This document shows, in pieces, positions 8,699 through 19,003 of a stretch of DNA of 64,000 bases. Both the position numbers and the translations under genes were made by a program. The notes below the pieces were generated by a model that ran no database searches, was not told the DNA's origin, and saw only the letters and a list, made by a program, of their open reading frames with translations. The DNA comes from an uncultured Chloroflexia bacterium (GTDB taxonomy: Bacteria; Chloroflexota; Anaerolineae; JAAYZQ01), in the NCBI GenBank assembly GCA_963700285.1, contig CAVOXA010000014.1, positions 896,001-960,000 of the forward strand, read 5' to 3'. Position 1 is the stretch's first letter. The number at the start of each line of letters is the position of its first letter.

Positions 8699-10051
8699 GT
8701 GGTCAAAGTACCAGGAGGCGTCATTTCCTGTGTGGAGCCAGGCAGCCTTGGCGAAGCGGCGGAGCTTCGACCAGGCGATCGCCTGGTGTCCATCAACGAT
8801 CACCTGCTACGCGACATCATCGACGTACAGTTCTATGGCGCAGAGGAATGGCTGAGGCTGCTCTTTGAGCGGGACGGACATCAAACGGTGGTCGAAATAC
8901 AACGGGACTATGACGATGCGCTGGGCCTCTCCTTTGAGAATCCAACCTTTGACGTGGACATACGGCGTTGCGCCAACAACTGCGACTTTTGTTTCGTCAA
9001 GCAGAATGCCAGGGGCATGCGTCGCTCGCTATATGTCAAGGACGACGATTATCGCTATTCCTTCCTGTTTGGCAATTTCGTGACGCTAAGCAACCTTGGG
9101 GAGGAGGATTGGCAGCGGCTGGATGAGCAGCGGATCAGCCCCCTGTATGTGTCGGTCCACGCCAGTGACCTCGCTCTCCGAAGGCGGTTCCTAGGCCGCA
9201 AATCCGCACCTGACGTGCTGACGCAATTGCGGCGCCTGGCTGACCTGGGCATCGAGGCCCACACCCAGGTTGTACTGGTCCCTGGACTAAACGATGGGGA
9301 CCACCTGGCTGAGACGATCGCCGACCTGTCCAGCCTCTATCAGGAGCCCGTCACCTCGGTAGTCGTCGTACCCATCGGCTTGACCAAGTATCACCGGGGG
9401 CAGTGCAGTACCTATACGACGGATCAGTCAAGGGCGGTACTGGACCAAGTGGAGGTCTGGCAAGCACAGAGCCGGGCGGAACGAGGGATCACTTTTGTCC
9501 ATGCGTCGGACGAGTGGTACTTGGTGGCTGGCCGAGAGGTACCTCCCGCAGACACGTATGACGGCTTCCCACAGGTAGAAAACGGCGTCGGCATGGTAAG
9601 ACAATTGCTTGATGAGGCGGTAGCTTTTCAAGCGTCCTCCAGCTCTGCCTTACGCCTCAAATCGGCAACGCTTGTCTGCGGGACACTCATCGCGCCGGTG
9701 TGGGCCCAGTTGGTGAAAGAACTAAACGCCGTGGCCGGCGCGCATTTGCAGTTGGTTCCGGTGACCAACCAGTTCTTTGGTCCGGTGACCACTGTGTCCG
9801 GCCTGCTGACGGGCAAAGATGTGGTCACAGCGTTGAGGGATCGGCCTCTAGGCGAGGTCATCCTACTGCCCCGTGCGATGTTCACGGGGCACTATGGCGC
9901 CGGGGCTGCTCCCCCGGATACGACACTGGATGACATGCACATCAGCGACATCGGCCAGCAGATCAGCTTGGTGGAGCCCGCCGCGCAGGTGAGAATGGCA
10001 GGGACACTTACGGAGGTCCTCTCAGCCCTCAGTCACCACGCCGGCTACTAG
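8699..10051 (+). CDS. DUF512 family Fe-S oxidoreductase (PDZ-like + radical SAM-like)
   Basis: CANNCDFCFVKQ, LYVKDDDYRYSFLFGNF, YDGFPQVENGVG, VSGLLTGKD. Confidence 0.9.
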   Translation: MVKVPGGVISCVEPGSLGEAAELRPGDRLVSINDHLLRDIIDVQFYGAEEWLRLLFERDGHQTVVEIQRDYDDALGLSFENPTFDVDIRRCANNCDFCFVKQNARGMRRSLYVKDDDYRYSFLFGNFVTLSNLGEEDWQRLDEQRISPLYVSVHASDLALRRRFLGRKSAPDVLTQLRRLADLGIEAHTQVVLVPGLNDGDHLAETIADLSSLYQEPVTSVVVVPIGLTKYHRGQCSTYTTDQSRAVLDQVEVWQAQSRAERGITFVHASDEWYLVAGREVPPADTYDGFPQVENGVGMVRQLLDEAVAFQASSSSALRLKSATLVCGTLIAPVWAQLVKELNAVAGAHLQLVPVTNQFFGPVTTVSGLLTGKDVVTALRDRPLGEVILLPRAMFTGHYGAGAAPPDTTLDDMHISDIGQQISLVEPAAQVRMAGTLTEVLSALSHHAGY

Positions 10052-10101
10052 TCTTTGGCTGGGCACCGCCACGGCCTGCACTGGGCAAAGCTAGAACCGA
10101 C

Positions 10102-10139
10102 AAAGGCTCGTGCTCTCTCCTATGAGAACACGAGCCTTT
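10102..10139. terminator. Bidirectional terminator hairpin between convergent genes
   Basis: AAAGGCTCGTG...CACGAGCCTTT, an 11-bp stem plus an inner TCTC/GAGA pair. Confidence 0.7.
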
Positions 10140-10177
10140 CAACCTTTGCGAACAGTCGCCTCTGGAGGCGAGAGGCC

Positions 10178-11173
10178 CTACCCGACCGTAACGATGGGCA
10201 AATCGCGCATTGTAACCAGGCCAGGCGCCGACTCTATCACCCGGCGGACCGCGTTCACGGCAATGGCCACGGTGGCAATATCGCCATTGGTACCCTTGAG
10301 CTTGACCTCGAGATCCGGAACTCCCGTGAGCTGGATCGTATCCCCATCCTCCCCAGCATCCAGCGCAGCGATGAAGGTGAGGGTCATGAACACGCCATCC
10401 TGAGTGTACCCACGGGCCACCTGTTTGAGTCCCCTCACCTGTCCGGGCTGCACCTCAAAAAAGCCTGTCTTGACCAACCGATCGGCCACCACAGGCTCTA
10501 CGTCCGATTCGTAGCGCACCAGTGTCTTGCCAAGTGTGTCAAAGACCATGTCGACAGACTCAGGCAACCCAACGTGGCCCATGCGGCCTGCTGCCATCCT
10601 GGCATTGAAATCATCCACCGTCAGCCCAGAGCCGATCTTGGCCTGAAAGGGCCCGCGCCGGGTTGACGCATTGATGACTCGCATCACCTCGACACTGTCC
10701 ACACGCTGGCAAATAGCCGTCAGGGACAGAGGCAACGCATCCATGATGAAACCAGGGTTGACACCGGTACCCAACACCGTCTTGCCAACACGTCTGGCCA
10801 CAGCATCTACCTCGGCAGCCTCTTCCGGATGGGCAAGCCAAGGAAAGGAAAGCTCCTCAGCGGTCGAGACGACGTCCAGTCCTGCCTCCAATATCTCGAC
10901 GACTTGGGCCTTGAAAAGGTCAAAATAGGAACTAGTCGTATGAAGCACGACATCCGCTTCTGTGCCGGCCATAGCCTGCGCCAGATTCGCTGACACGGGA
11001 AAGCCCAGGGGCGCCTCCAGGCCAACGACCTCACCTACATCGCGGCCTATCTTGGCCGGGTCGATGTCTACTCCCGCAACCAGCTCCAGACCCTCTCGTT
11101 CCACCACGTGACGCGCCACGGCGCCCCCTATGGGTCCAAGCCCATACTGTATCACTCTCACGACGTCTGACAT
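10178..11173 (-). CDS. NAD(P)-dependent amine dehydrogenase / 2,4-diaminopentanoate dehydrogenase (Ord)-like, DapB-type Rossmann fold
   Basis: QYGLGPIG, VVSTAEELSFP, GTGVNPGF, GHVGLPES, GDIAT. Confidence 0.8.
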   Translation of the reverse strand: MSDVVRVIQYGLGPIGGAVARHVVEREGLELVAGVDIDPAKIGRDVGEVVGLEAPLGFPVSANLAQAMAGTEADVVLHTTSSYFDLFKAQVVEILEAGLDVVSTAEELSFPWLAHPEEAAEVDAVARRVGKTVLGTGVNPGFIMDALPLSLTAICQRVDSVEVMRVINASTRRGPFQAKIGSGLTVDDFNARMAAGRMGHVGLPESVDMVFDTLGKTLVRYESDVEPVVADRLVKTGFFEVQPGQVRGLKQVARGYTQDGVFMTLTFIAALDAGEDGDTIQLTGVPDLEVKLKGTNGDIATVAIAVNAVRRVIESAPGLVTMRDLPIVTVG

Positions 11174-11217
11174 CTTTCCTCCAAAATGTAATTAGGTTTC
11201 TGACAACAACAAAGAGG

Positions 11218-12618
11218 CTATAGGTATGGCTTTATCCGGCGCGCCGCCCGGCGACAAGCATCAGCAATTAGGTCAATGTCCGATTCAGTATGGGCAGTCG
11301 ACACGCTGCCGTGACCGCGCAACACGAACACGTCATTCAAGAGCAAAGCCAGATCCAGGACTTCATGGCCTAAGGCAATATCACATACAGACGGATCAAA
11401 CCAATCGGCTGGCCCGTTAAGCTGGGCATCTTCCTCAAAGGGAAAATGGAGGTAAAACATCGAGCTACCGGGCAGCACGGCGCTCCCGTTGCCCATGCAG
11501 CGGGCATAGATCCCCTCCTCAACAAATGCATTTTCCAAGGTATCACGAAGCTTTTCGCCCAACACCGCCAGCCGGGAATAGACCTCTTGTTCGTGAGCAA
11601 CCAGGTAGCTCAAGCATACCCTGGCAGCCAGCAGCGAAGCCGGATGGGCAGAGTAGGTGCCGCCAGAGAATTTGACCCTTCTACCGCCTTCGCGTCCCGC
11701 CAGCCCCATGACATCGGCCCTGCCCGTGACGGCAGATACGGGCATGCCGCCGCCGATAATCTTGCCAAAGGTGGACAGGTCGGGCTGGATGCCATACATT
11801 CCTCCCATGCTGCCCGCACGAAAGCGAAACCCAGAGATCACTTCATCAAGGATCAGCATCACGCCATATTGTTCGGTCAGTTCTCGGGCAATCTGCAGAT
11901 ATTCGGGCGTGGCCGATACAAAACCACCGATGCCGAGGAAGGGCTCGACAATAAAGCACGCCAGCCCATCGCCATACTCCCGAAAGTGAGCGCGCAACAT
12001 CTCGGGATCATTAAAGCTGGTCACAACAACCTTGTCGGTTACTGCAACGGGCACACCGTCGGATTCCACCTTTTTGAATCCACTGGCATTCTCCGCCGAG
12101 AAGCCGATGCCCTTGAGCGCCCAAGGCTGTGCGCCATGCCAGCCGCCGCCCACCTTCATCACCATCGTGCGCCCGGTGAAAGCACGGGACAGCATGATGG
12201 CATACATGGTGGCCAGAGCGCCACTGGTAGTAAAGCGTACCCGCTGCGCGCCGGTCTGCTGGCAGAGAATCTCGGCAACCTCTATTTGTAGGCGATCGGT
12301 GAAACCGGTCTGCAAGCCCAAGCCGCCCTCAAGCGCACGGGCCACTGCCGAGGTGACCACCTTGGGGTTGTGTCCTAGAATATTGGCAAAGTGCCCCTGC
12401 CACAGATCGAGGATGTGGTGCCCGTCCTCATCCGTGACCCAGGCTCCTTGTGCAGCAGCAATGCGAGGAGGGAAAGGCCACATGAGCCGCAGCGCATGGC
12501 TCCCACCATCGACCTGATAGCGTTCAGCTTTTTCGTTCAGTGCTCTGGATTCTGGCGAGTACCGCTTGTAGGCCTCTTCAAGCTCAGCCAGCAGGGGGGT
12601 ATAGTCCCTTGTCTTCAT
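11218..12618 (-). CDS. Class III PLP aminotransferase (GSA aminomutase-like)
   Basis: ILGHN, RVRFTTSG, LILDEVISGFR, PDLSTFGKIIGGGMP, GGTYS. Confidence 0.85.
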   Translation of the reverse strand: MKTRDYTPLLAELEEAYKRYSPESRALNEKAERYQVDGGSHALRLMWPFPPRIAAAQGAWVTDEDGHHILDLWQGHFANILGHNPKVVTSAVARALEGGLGLQTGFTDRLQIEVAEILCQQTGAQRVRFTTSGALATMYAIMLSRAFTGRTMVMKVGGGWHGAQPWALKGIGFSAENASGFKKVESDGVPVAVTDKVVVTSFNDPEMLRAHFREYGDGLACFIVEPFLGIGGFVSATPEYLQIARELTEQYGVMLILDEVISGFRFRAGSMGGMYGIQPDLSTFGKIIGGGMPVSAVTGRADVMGLAGREGGRRVKFSGGTYSAHPASLLAARVCLSYLVAHEQEVYSRLAVLGEKLRDTLENAFVEEGIYARCMGNGSAVLPGSSMFYLHFPFEEDAQLNGPADWFDPSVCDIALGHEVLDLALLLNDVFVLRGHGSVSTAHTESDIDLIADACRRAARRIKPYL

Positions 12619-12801
12619 GATCTCCTCCCTATGCAACTCTGCACACAGTGCCGATTGTAGCCCATTTCTCAGAATTGTGCAACAGCGCGGTGTTCCTGGG
12701 CTAGTCTGACACCGCCCCGGTCATATTTCGCCCAAGCGCCATCGAACTGCAGGTACCTCTCCACCGATCGACAAGGGTGCTAGGCTGTCATTCCACGCTG
12801 G

Positions 12802-14385
12802 TTATCGTCCCAGCACTCTGCCTGCCCGTGCCCGGGTGTGGACGCCGTCACGGAGCACCAATTCACCATTGACAATGACGTGCCCTATGCCTACAGGGTA
12901 CTGATGAGGTGCCTCGTAGGTCGCCTGGTCGGCCACGGTATCTGGATCCAGAATCACCAGATCGGCCTTGTAGCCTTTCTTCACCAGGCCACGATCCGGC
13001 CACCTGAGCTTCTGCGCCGGGAAGCCGCTCATCTTCCAGATGGCTTCTTCCAACGAAATCACGCCCTGCTCGCGGACGTAATGACCCAGCACGCGGGGGT
13101 AGGTACCGTAGCTACGCGGATGGGGCTTGCCTTTGGATAGAGGCCCCTCGGTAGCATGGCCAGAGGCGTCAGTGCCGATCATCATGGCCGGATGGCGCAG
13201 TTCTGCCTTGCGGTCATCCTCGGACATCATAAAGAGGATCATGCTGACGTCCAATTCCGTCTCCAGCAGCGCATCGTAGACCCAGTCGAGGGGTGATTTG
13301 CCAGCTTCTGCGGCCAGATCGGAGACGTATCGACCTTCGTATTCCCGCACCTTCGGGGAGGAGCTGATGAACACCTTGTCCCCCTCGGCAATGCGAAAGA
13401 AGCCCGTGGACCGCATATCATCCGACATCTTTTGGCGCGCTTCTGGCTCGGCCAAGCGCTTCAAGACGACCTCCTTGCCCCCTGCCTGCGCCCACTCTGG
13501 AAGTGCAGCCATCAGGCCGGTGGCGCCAGCCAGATAGGGATACATGTCGGCGGTGACGTCTAGGCCCTCAGCCTGCGCTTGATCAATCATCTCCAGGCCT
13601 TGAGCCGACTTTTCCCAATTTTCGCGTCTAGCGGCCTTGTAGTGGCTGATCTGCACCGAGGCGCCCGTCTCCCGGCCAACGCGGATGGCCTCGGCGATGG
13701 ATTCCAGCAGCATATCGCCTTCGTCCCTGAGGTGGCTAAAGTAGAAACCGTCTCTCTCACCGGCCGGCCGGGTGACGGCAACCACTTCTTCCGTAGAGGC
13801 ATACGATCCCGGCGGGTAGACGAGGCCGGTGCTGACGCCGATAGCGCCCTCATCCATCGCCCTGGCGACCTCGGCCTGCATTCGTACGATCTCCTCCTCA
13901 TTCGCCGGGTCAGCACTGAATGCTACCACCGCCGATCGCACCATCCCTTGCCCGACTAACGGCACCACGTTGACCGAGGTGCCAATCCGTCTCAAGTAGT
14001 CCAGGTAGCTGCCAAAGGTAGACCACTCGTCCCACGGCAAGGGCATGTCCTCACTCTCCATCATGGCCAGCACCTGCTCGCGGGTCTCGGCCAGCAGCGG
14101 GGCTGGCGAAGCCCCGCACTGCCCGACGACGACGGTGGTAATGCCCTGATGCACCAGACTATCCGCCGTCGGACCAATGGGCAGGGTAAAGTCAGCGTGC
14201 GAGTGCATGTCCACGAACCCTGGGGTTACCGCGCACCCAGAAGCGTCAATCACTTCCCCGGCCTCTGCGCCCTCCAGGTGGCCGATCTCAACGATACGAT
14301 CGCGCTCTATGGCTACGTCCGCCGGGTACCGAGGCGCACCAGAACCATCCGCAACCAGGCCATTCTTAATCAGAATATCAAGCAT
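12802..14385 (-). CDS. N-acyl-D-amino-acid deacylase (D-aminoacylase)
   Basis: PGFVDMHSHAD, GQCG, SHLRDEG, HPRSYGTYPRVL. Confidence 0.92.
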   Translation of the reverse strand: MLDILIKNGLVADGSGAPRYPADVAIERDRIVEIGHLEGAEAGEVIDASGCAVTPGFVDMHSHADFTLPIGPTADSLVHQGITTVVVGQCGASPAPLLAETREQVLAMMESEDMPLPWDEWSTFGSYLDYLRRIGTSVNVVPLVGQGMVRSAVVAFSADPANEEEIVRMQAEVARAMDEGAIGVSTGLVYPPGSYASTEEVVAVTRPAGERDGFYFSHLRDEGDMLLESIAEAIRVGRETGASVQISHYKAARRENWEKSAQGLEMIDQAQAEGLDVTADMYPYLAGATGLMAALPEWAQAGGKEVVLKRLAEPEARQKMSDDMRSTGFFRIAEGDKVFISSSPKVREYEGRYVSDLAAEAGKSPLDWVYDALLETELDVSMILFMMSEDDRKAELRHPAMMIGTDASGHATEGPLSKGKPHPRSYGTYPRVLGHYVREQGVISLEEAIWKMSGFPAQKLRWPDRGLVKKGYKADLVILDPDTVADQATYEAPHQYPVGIGHVIVNGELVLRDGVHTRARAGRVLGR

Positions 14386-14448
14386 TTTCTCCTCCTTGAG
14401 TCTTCGTTGCAGTCACCAGGTTGTCTCGCCCTTCTATACTGTTCGAAA

Positions 14449-15336
14449 TCAATCCATTTGGCGTGGATCGAGCGCATCACGCAGCCCGTCCCCGAACAGG
14501 TTGAAGGCCAACACAGTGAGGAAAATCATGATTCCGGGGAAAATTGAGATGTGAGGGTACAGCGTGATGTAGGCCCGACCATCAGCCAGGGTGCCACCCC
14601 AGGACGGGTTCGGGGGCTGGATGCCCAAGCCAAGGAACGAGAGCGCGGACTCGAGGATGATGATCGAGCCGATACCCAACGTGGCCAGCACGATGACCGG
14701 CGCCAGCACATTGGGTAGCAAGTGGCGCAGAATGATGCGCGAGTCCTTCACGCCCAACGCCCGGGCTGCCACGATGAATTCCTTCTCCTTCAGGCTCAGG
14801 ACGTCGGCACGAACCACCCGGGCATAGGTGGCCCAGGTAGTGACGCCAATGACGATCAGGGTGGTGGTCAAGCTGGGGCCCAGGACCGCAGCCAGCATGA
14901 TGAGCAGCGCAATGAGGGGGAAAGCCATCAGCGTGTCTGTCAGGCGCATCAGGGACGAGTCAACCCGGCCGCCGAAATAGCCAGCCGTGACACCGACAGC
15001 CACACCGATAACAATGGCCACAGCGCTGGCCACTAGACCGACCGTCAACGCCACCCGCGAGCCATAGATGACGCGGCTCAGTAGATCACGCCCTACGTGG
15101 TCCCAGCCCATCGGGTGCTCCCGGGATGGCGCGACACCGCGCATGCCTGAAACGATCTCGAGCGGGTCGTAGGGTGAGAGGTAGTCGGCGAAAACCGCCA
15201 TCAAGATCACGAGGATAATGAAGGCCAAGCCGACCAGGGCTGCTCGGTTGGCTCGGAAACGACGCCATGACTGCCGGACCTCCGACCTATGAACGTATCC
15301 ACCATCCAGCTCCGCCACTTGCCGATCATCTGCCAT
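14449..15336 (-). CDS. Peptide/nickel ABC transporter permease (DppC-like)
   Basis: GRDLLSRVIYG, EAA-like EFIVAARALG, C-terminal GDGLRDALDP. Confidence 0.93.
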   Translation of the reverse strand: MADDRQVAELDGGYVHRSEVRQSWRRFRANRAALVGLAFIILVILMAVFADYLSPYDPLEIVSGMRGVAPSREHPMGWDHVGRDLLSRVIYGSRVALTVGLVASAVAIVIGVAVGVTAGYFGGRVDSSLMRLTDTLMAFPLIALLIMLAAVLGPSLTTTLIVIGVTTWATYARVVRADVLSLKEKEFIVAARALGVKDSRIILRHLLPNVLAPVIVLATLGIGSIIILESALSFLGLGIQPPNPSWGGTLADGRAYITLYPHISIFPGIMIFLTVLAFNLFGDGLRDALDPRQMD

Positions 15337-15362
15337 GTGTTCTACCCTTGTCCAGTCTCAGG

Positions 15363-16295
15363 CTATTCAATGCGTATGCGCGGGTCGACGAAGGCATAGA
15401 CCAGGTCGGTCAGCAGATTCACCACGACGACAATCACAGCCAGCAGAAAGACGATGGACTGCACGACCTGGTAATCGAGGCGGAACACCGAGTCGGTGAA
15501 TAACCGGCCTATCCCCGGGATGGCAAACACCGTCTCAACGACAATGGTGCCGCTGAGGATAAAGGCGACCTGAAGCCCGATAACAGTCACCACCGGCAGC
15601 AGCGCGTTGCGCACCGCGTGCTGCACAATGACGGCATTCTCGGCCAGGCCCTTGGCCCGAGCCGTACGCACGTAATCCTCCTGCAACACCTCGATGGTGC
15701 CACTGCGCATCACGCGCGTGAGCGTGGCCGTCTGGGCGGTGACCAGCACGATGACCGGTAGGATATAGCCCTTGGCAGACCGGAGGCCAAACGGGGGCAC
15801 CAGGCCCAGCATGAGGGAGAAGACGACGATCAACATCAAGCTGATCCAGAAATTCGGCAGGGCCACGCCTATGGTGGATCCGACGGTGGCCGAATAGTCA
15901 AAGAGCGAGTTGCGTTTCACTCCGGCCACAATCCCGGCCGGGATGGCGATCGCTAGCGAAACCGCTAGCGCTATGAGGTTCAACTTGAGCGTCACCGGTA
16001 TGGCTTCGAAGATCATATCTCGCACCGGAACGCCAGTTCGAATCAGCGAATCGCCAAAATCCCCCCGAAACATGTTGAACAGCCACACTAGGTACTGCTC
16101 GTGATAGGGTTTGTCGAGACCCCATTTGTGCCGGATGGCCTCCATCTGATCCTGGCTGATGCGGACGGCTCCCTCTCCCAGCAGGAGATAGACCGGGTCG
16201 CCAGGCAGCAGGCGCATGATCGCAAAAGTCGCCAGGCTGATCAAAAAGATGACGACCAGCCCTTGAAGCAAACGGACGGTCAGGTATCGGCTCAT
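15363..16295 (-). CDS. Peptide/nickel ABC transporter permease (DppB-like)
   Basis: LPGDP, DYVRTARAKGL, VETVFAIPGIG, DPRIR. Confidence 0.93.
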   Translation of the reverse strand: MSRYLTVRLLQGLVVIFLISLATFAIMRLLPGDPVYLLLGEGAVRISQDQMEAIRHKWGLDKPYHEQYLVWLFNMFRGDFGDSLIRTGVPVRDMIFEAIPVTLKLNLIALAVSLAIAIPAGIVAGVKRNSLFDYSATVGSTIGVALPNFWISLMLIVVFSLMLGLVPPFGLRSAKGYILPVIVLVTAQTATLTRVMRSGTIEVLQEDYVRTARAKGLAENAVIVQHAVRNALLPVVTVIGLQVAFILSGTIVVETVFAIPGIGRLFTDSVFRLDYQVVQSIVFLLAVIVVVVNLLTDLVYAFVDPRIRIE

Positions 16296-16333
16296 ATAGC
16301 CACCACTCCCTACTCCAGTACACGCCCCAAGTT

Positions 16334-16363
16334 TAGGGGCGACCAGCAACTGGTCGCCCCTAC
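16334..16363. repeat. GTAG-type REP-like palindrome downstream of the SBP gene
   Basis: TAGGGGCGACCAG-CAA-CTGGTCGCCCCTA(C), a perfect 13-bp stem. It reads GTAGGGGCGACC on the minus strand. Confidence 0.7.
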
Positions 16364-16503
16364 CAGCACTCTGTCAGACTGACTGCGATGTGTATGCTCC
16401 AGGATCGCTGGGATACCGATGGACTGTATTCACCGAGGATCACGCCTTCTCAGTGATTTCAGCACGTTCGGGGCCCCTGCGATCCCGGAGTTGTCTGCCC
16501 GGA

Positions 16504-18198
16504 CTACTCCTCAAGGGACCACTGCCATGCCGTGGCAAAGACCTCAGTTCCAAAGAGCGCGTTCTCTGGCACACCCTTGACCTTGGCGCTGAACATATTG
16601 TACCAGTCGTCGATCTGCAGGTACAGCACCGGGACATCTTCCACAAAGATCTCCTGGATCTCGTCGTAGATGGGCTTGCGCTGCTCCGGATCGGCGATCT
16701 GGACCCCCTGCTCGATCAGCTCATCCATCCTTGGGTTGCTGTAGCAGGTAAAGTTGTTGCCGCCGTCGCTGTGGAGCGTCGCGAAAGGATCTGGATCGAT
16801 GTCACCATAGGTCCAGTTAAAGAGAGAGGCATCCATCGTGCATTCGCGCATCCCCTCCAGGATGGAGGCGACAGGCGCTTCCTCGATCTCCACTTCGACA
16901 CCCACCTTGGCCAGGTATTGCTGCGCGACCTCGGCTATCGGTCGGCGGGCCTGGTCGCCGGTGATCACAGTGATGGTGAAGGACAGCCTGACCCCATCCT
17001 TCTCGCGGATGCCGTCGCCATCCTCGTCCACCCACCCAGCCTCGTCCAGAAGGGCGTTGGCCGCATCCGGGTCGTAGGGGTACTGCTTGAGGTTCTCGTT
17101 GTAGTAGAAGTCGAACTTGGGGGACAGGTTCGAGTGGGCGACCTTGGCCGCGCCGCTCCAGATGTCATCGATGATCTGCTGGCGGTCGAGGGCCATCAAC
17201 ATGGCCTGGCGCACCTCTTTCTCTGCAAGCTGTGGCAGGCTGGTGTTGAGCGGGAAGTGCTTGATCGACCCACCGGGTGTCACAACGGCATTATAGGCGG
17301 GATCCTGGGCCAGGCGCAGGTTGTCCTCCGTCAGCAGTGGCCAGACGGCCACATGCGCGTCGCCCGTTTCGAGGGCAATGGTGCGCACCGATGGCTCGGG
17401 CACAATGTCCTCGCGGAGTTCGTCGAGAATGGGTCGGCCGCGGAAGTGATCGTCGAAAGCCTCCAGCAACGTGAACTCGGCCGGCCGCCACTCCTTGAGC
17501 TTGAAGGGACCCGTACCGATGGGGGCCGTCTTGTAGGTGTCCTCACCCACCTCCTGGTGGTACGCGGACTGAACAATGCGGGTCGTGGCCCCGTTCACCA
17601 AAAAGGCCGCATTCACCTCGTCCATATTGACGACCACCGTATAGTCGTCCGGCGTGTCAATGCTCCCGACGCCCAGAAAATTGCCGATGATCGAGGACGC
17701 GTTCTCGGGGTCACGGTAAAAGTCGTACGTGTACTTGACGTCTTTGGCCGTGAATTCGGTGCCGTCGTGGAACTTGACCCCCTCACGCAACTTGAAGGTA
17801 TAGGTCAGGCCATCGTCCGAGAGCTCGTACGATTCGGCCAGAACCGGCTGGAGCTCTCCCCACGGGTCCAGCTCCAGCAACGCATTGTGGATGTTGATGA
17901 TCATCACATAGTGCACGTCCGGCCCGGCGTCGTCAGGGCTCAGACCAGCAACTTCCTGATGGCCCATGAGGACGACCGTGCCGCCCTGGCCAGGTTCCTC
18001 GGCCTTGGGTGCTTCGGTCGGCTCAGGGGCTGGCGCTTCGGTCGGCTCGGGAGCGGCAGCCTCTTTCGTCGGCTCAGCAGCCGCCGGTGCAGCCGTGGCC
18101 TCGGCGGGCGCTGGGGTTGCCTGGGGTGCGCAGGCCCCCAGCACAAGGATGGCTATGATCAGCATGGAAAGAACGATTGACCCTCTTCTGTGACTCAT
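16504..18198 (-). CDS. Peptide ABC transporter substrate-binding lipoprotein (family 5)
   Basis: Lipobox LGAC, Ala/Pro/Glu/Thr linker, LAESYE..YTFKLREGVKFHDG, PIGTGPFK. Confidence 0.93.
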   Translation of the reverse strand: MSHRRGSIVLSMLIIAILVLGACAPQATPAPAEATAAPAAAEPTKEAAAPEPTEAPAPEPTEAPKAEEPGQGGTVVLMGHQEVAGLSPDDAGPDVHYVMIINIHNALLELDPWGELQPVLAESYELSDDGLTYTFKLREGVKFHDGTEFTAKDVKYTYDFYRDPENASSIIGNFLGVGSIDTPDDYTVVVNMDEVNAAFLVNGATTRIVQSAYHQEVGEDTYKTAPIGTGPFKLKEWRPAEFTLLEAFDDHFRGRPILDELREDIVPEPSVRTIALETGDAHVAVWPLLTEDNLRLAQDPAYNAVVTPGGSIKHFPLNTSLPQLAEKEVRQAMLMALDRQQIIDDIWSGAAKVAHSNLSPKFDFYYNENLKQYPYDPDAANALLDEAGWVDEDGDGIREKDGVRLSFTITVITGDQARRPIAEVAQQYLAKVGVEVEIEEAPVASILEGMRECTMDASLFNWTYGDIDPDPFATLHSDGGNNFTCYSNPRMDELIEQGVQIADPEQRKPIYDEIQEIFVEDVPVLYLQIDDWYNMFSAKVKGVPENALFGTEVFATAWQWSLEE

Positions 18199-18726
18199 TT
18201 CTTCCTCCTTTTCCTTTCTCTCTGGAAGGGGGCAGCACAACGAACCTGTTGGGCGCTGCATGGCCTCATGACATGGACTAGGAATCCTTCGATAGGCACC
18301 TCCTCATGAAAAGGTAGTTGGCTGGCGCAGACACAGTGTGGGAGAGCCATGGCCTGAACCAGACCTTGGTGCTGTGCGCCCGTACCCGGCCAACGAGGGC
18401 ATTTGGCAACTGGACATTACTCATGAGGGTCTGATCATCCACCACGATAGGGCTCGTCCTTTGCCATCCGCACTTTGATAGGACAAAGGAACCTCGATAA
18501 TCGCGTACAGTTGCAGGAACCCAAGGTGCATCCCGAAATCAGGTCTTGGCTCGGCTGGCTTAAAGGCGAAGGTCAATCATTGTTGCTGGATGCCCAGCTT
18601 TGATCTAGCTGACGGAGGTCATTGGTGAACGTGTGTAGCGCGACGATACGGAACGACGGCACGCGGCCCTTGGCTAGGCGCTGCCCCAATGCTTTCTGCT
18701 GCAACCAAGTTCGTACCAGTGGAGAG

Positions 18727-18755
18727 AGTATAGCATACACGCTGGAGAATGTCAA
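18727..18755 (-). promoter_or_regulatory. Consensus sigma70 promoter for the SBP operon
   Basis: TTGACA-17-TATACT with TG extension on the minus strand. Confidence 0.75.
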
Positions 18756-18933
18756 CTCTGTGATTTGAAGGCTGATCTTCCCTGATGACAGGGAAGTCTT
18801 TGAAGAGCGCCTTGGGGCTTTGATCGCACTGTTTGGGTGAAGGATCTTCAGACACTCGGATGGCATTGTAGATGTTGCGCAGCCTATGGAAAAGGCAGCG
18901 TGAGTGCTGTGGGTCAAACTCAGATTCCAACCT

Positions 18934-18963
18934 TTGACGAGTCTGTGGTGCCTGTAGTATAAT
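18934..18963 (+). promoter_or_regulatory. Sigma70 promoter for murF-alr
   Basis: TTGACG-18-TATAAT, about 40 nt before the start. Confidence 0.65.
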
Positions 18964-19003
18964 CACACCTACGGCAATAGTTCAAACAGAGCAAGGAGCG
19001 CCT

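Noticed and set aside
16334-16363. Active IS200/IS605 or RAYT mobile element
   Set aside because: Only a single REP-like hairpin is present, and there is no transposase in the window.
16390-18180. 596-aa plus-strand ORF
   Set aside because: It is the antisense shadow of the SBP gene, caused by GC codon bias, and has no motifs. The same applies to 25108-26100, 32368-33363 and 58872-60047.
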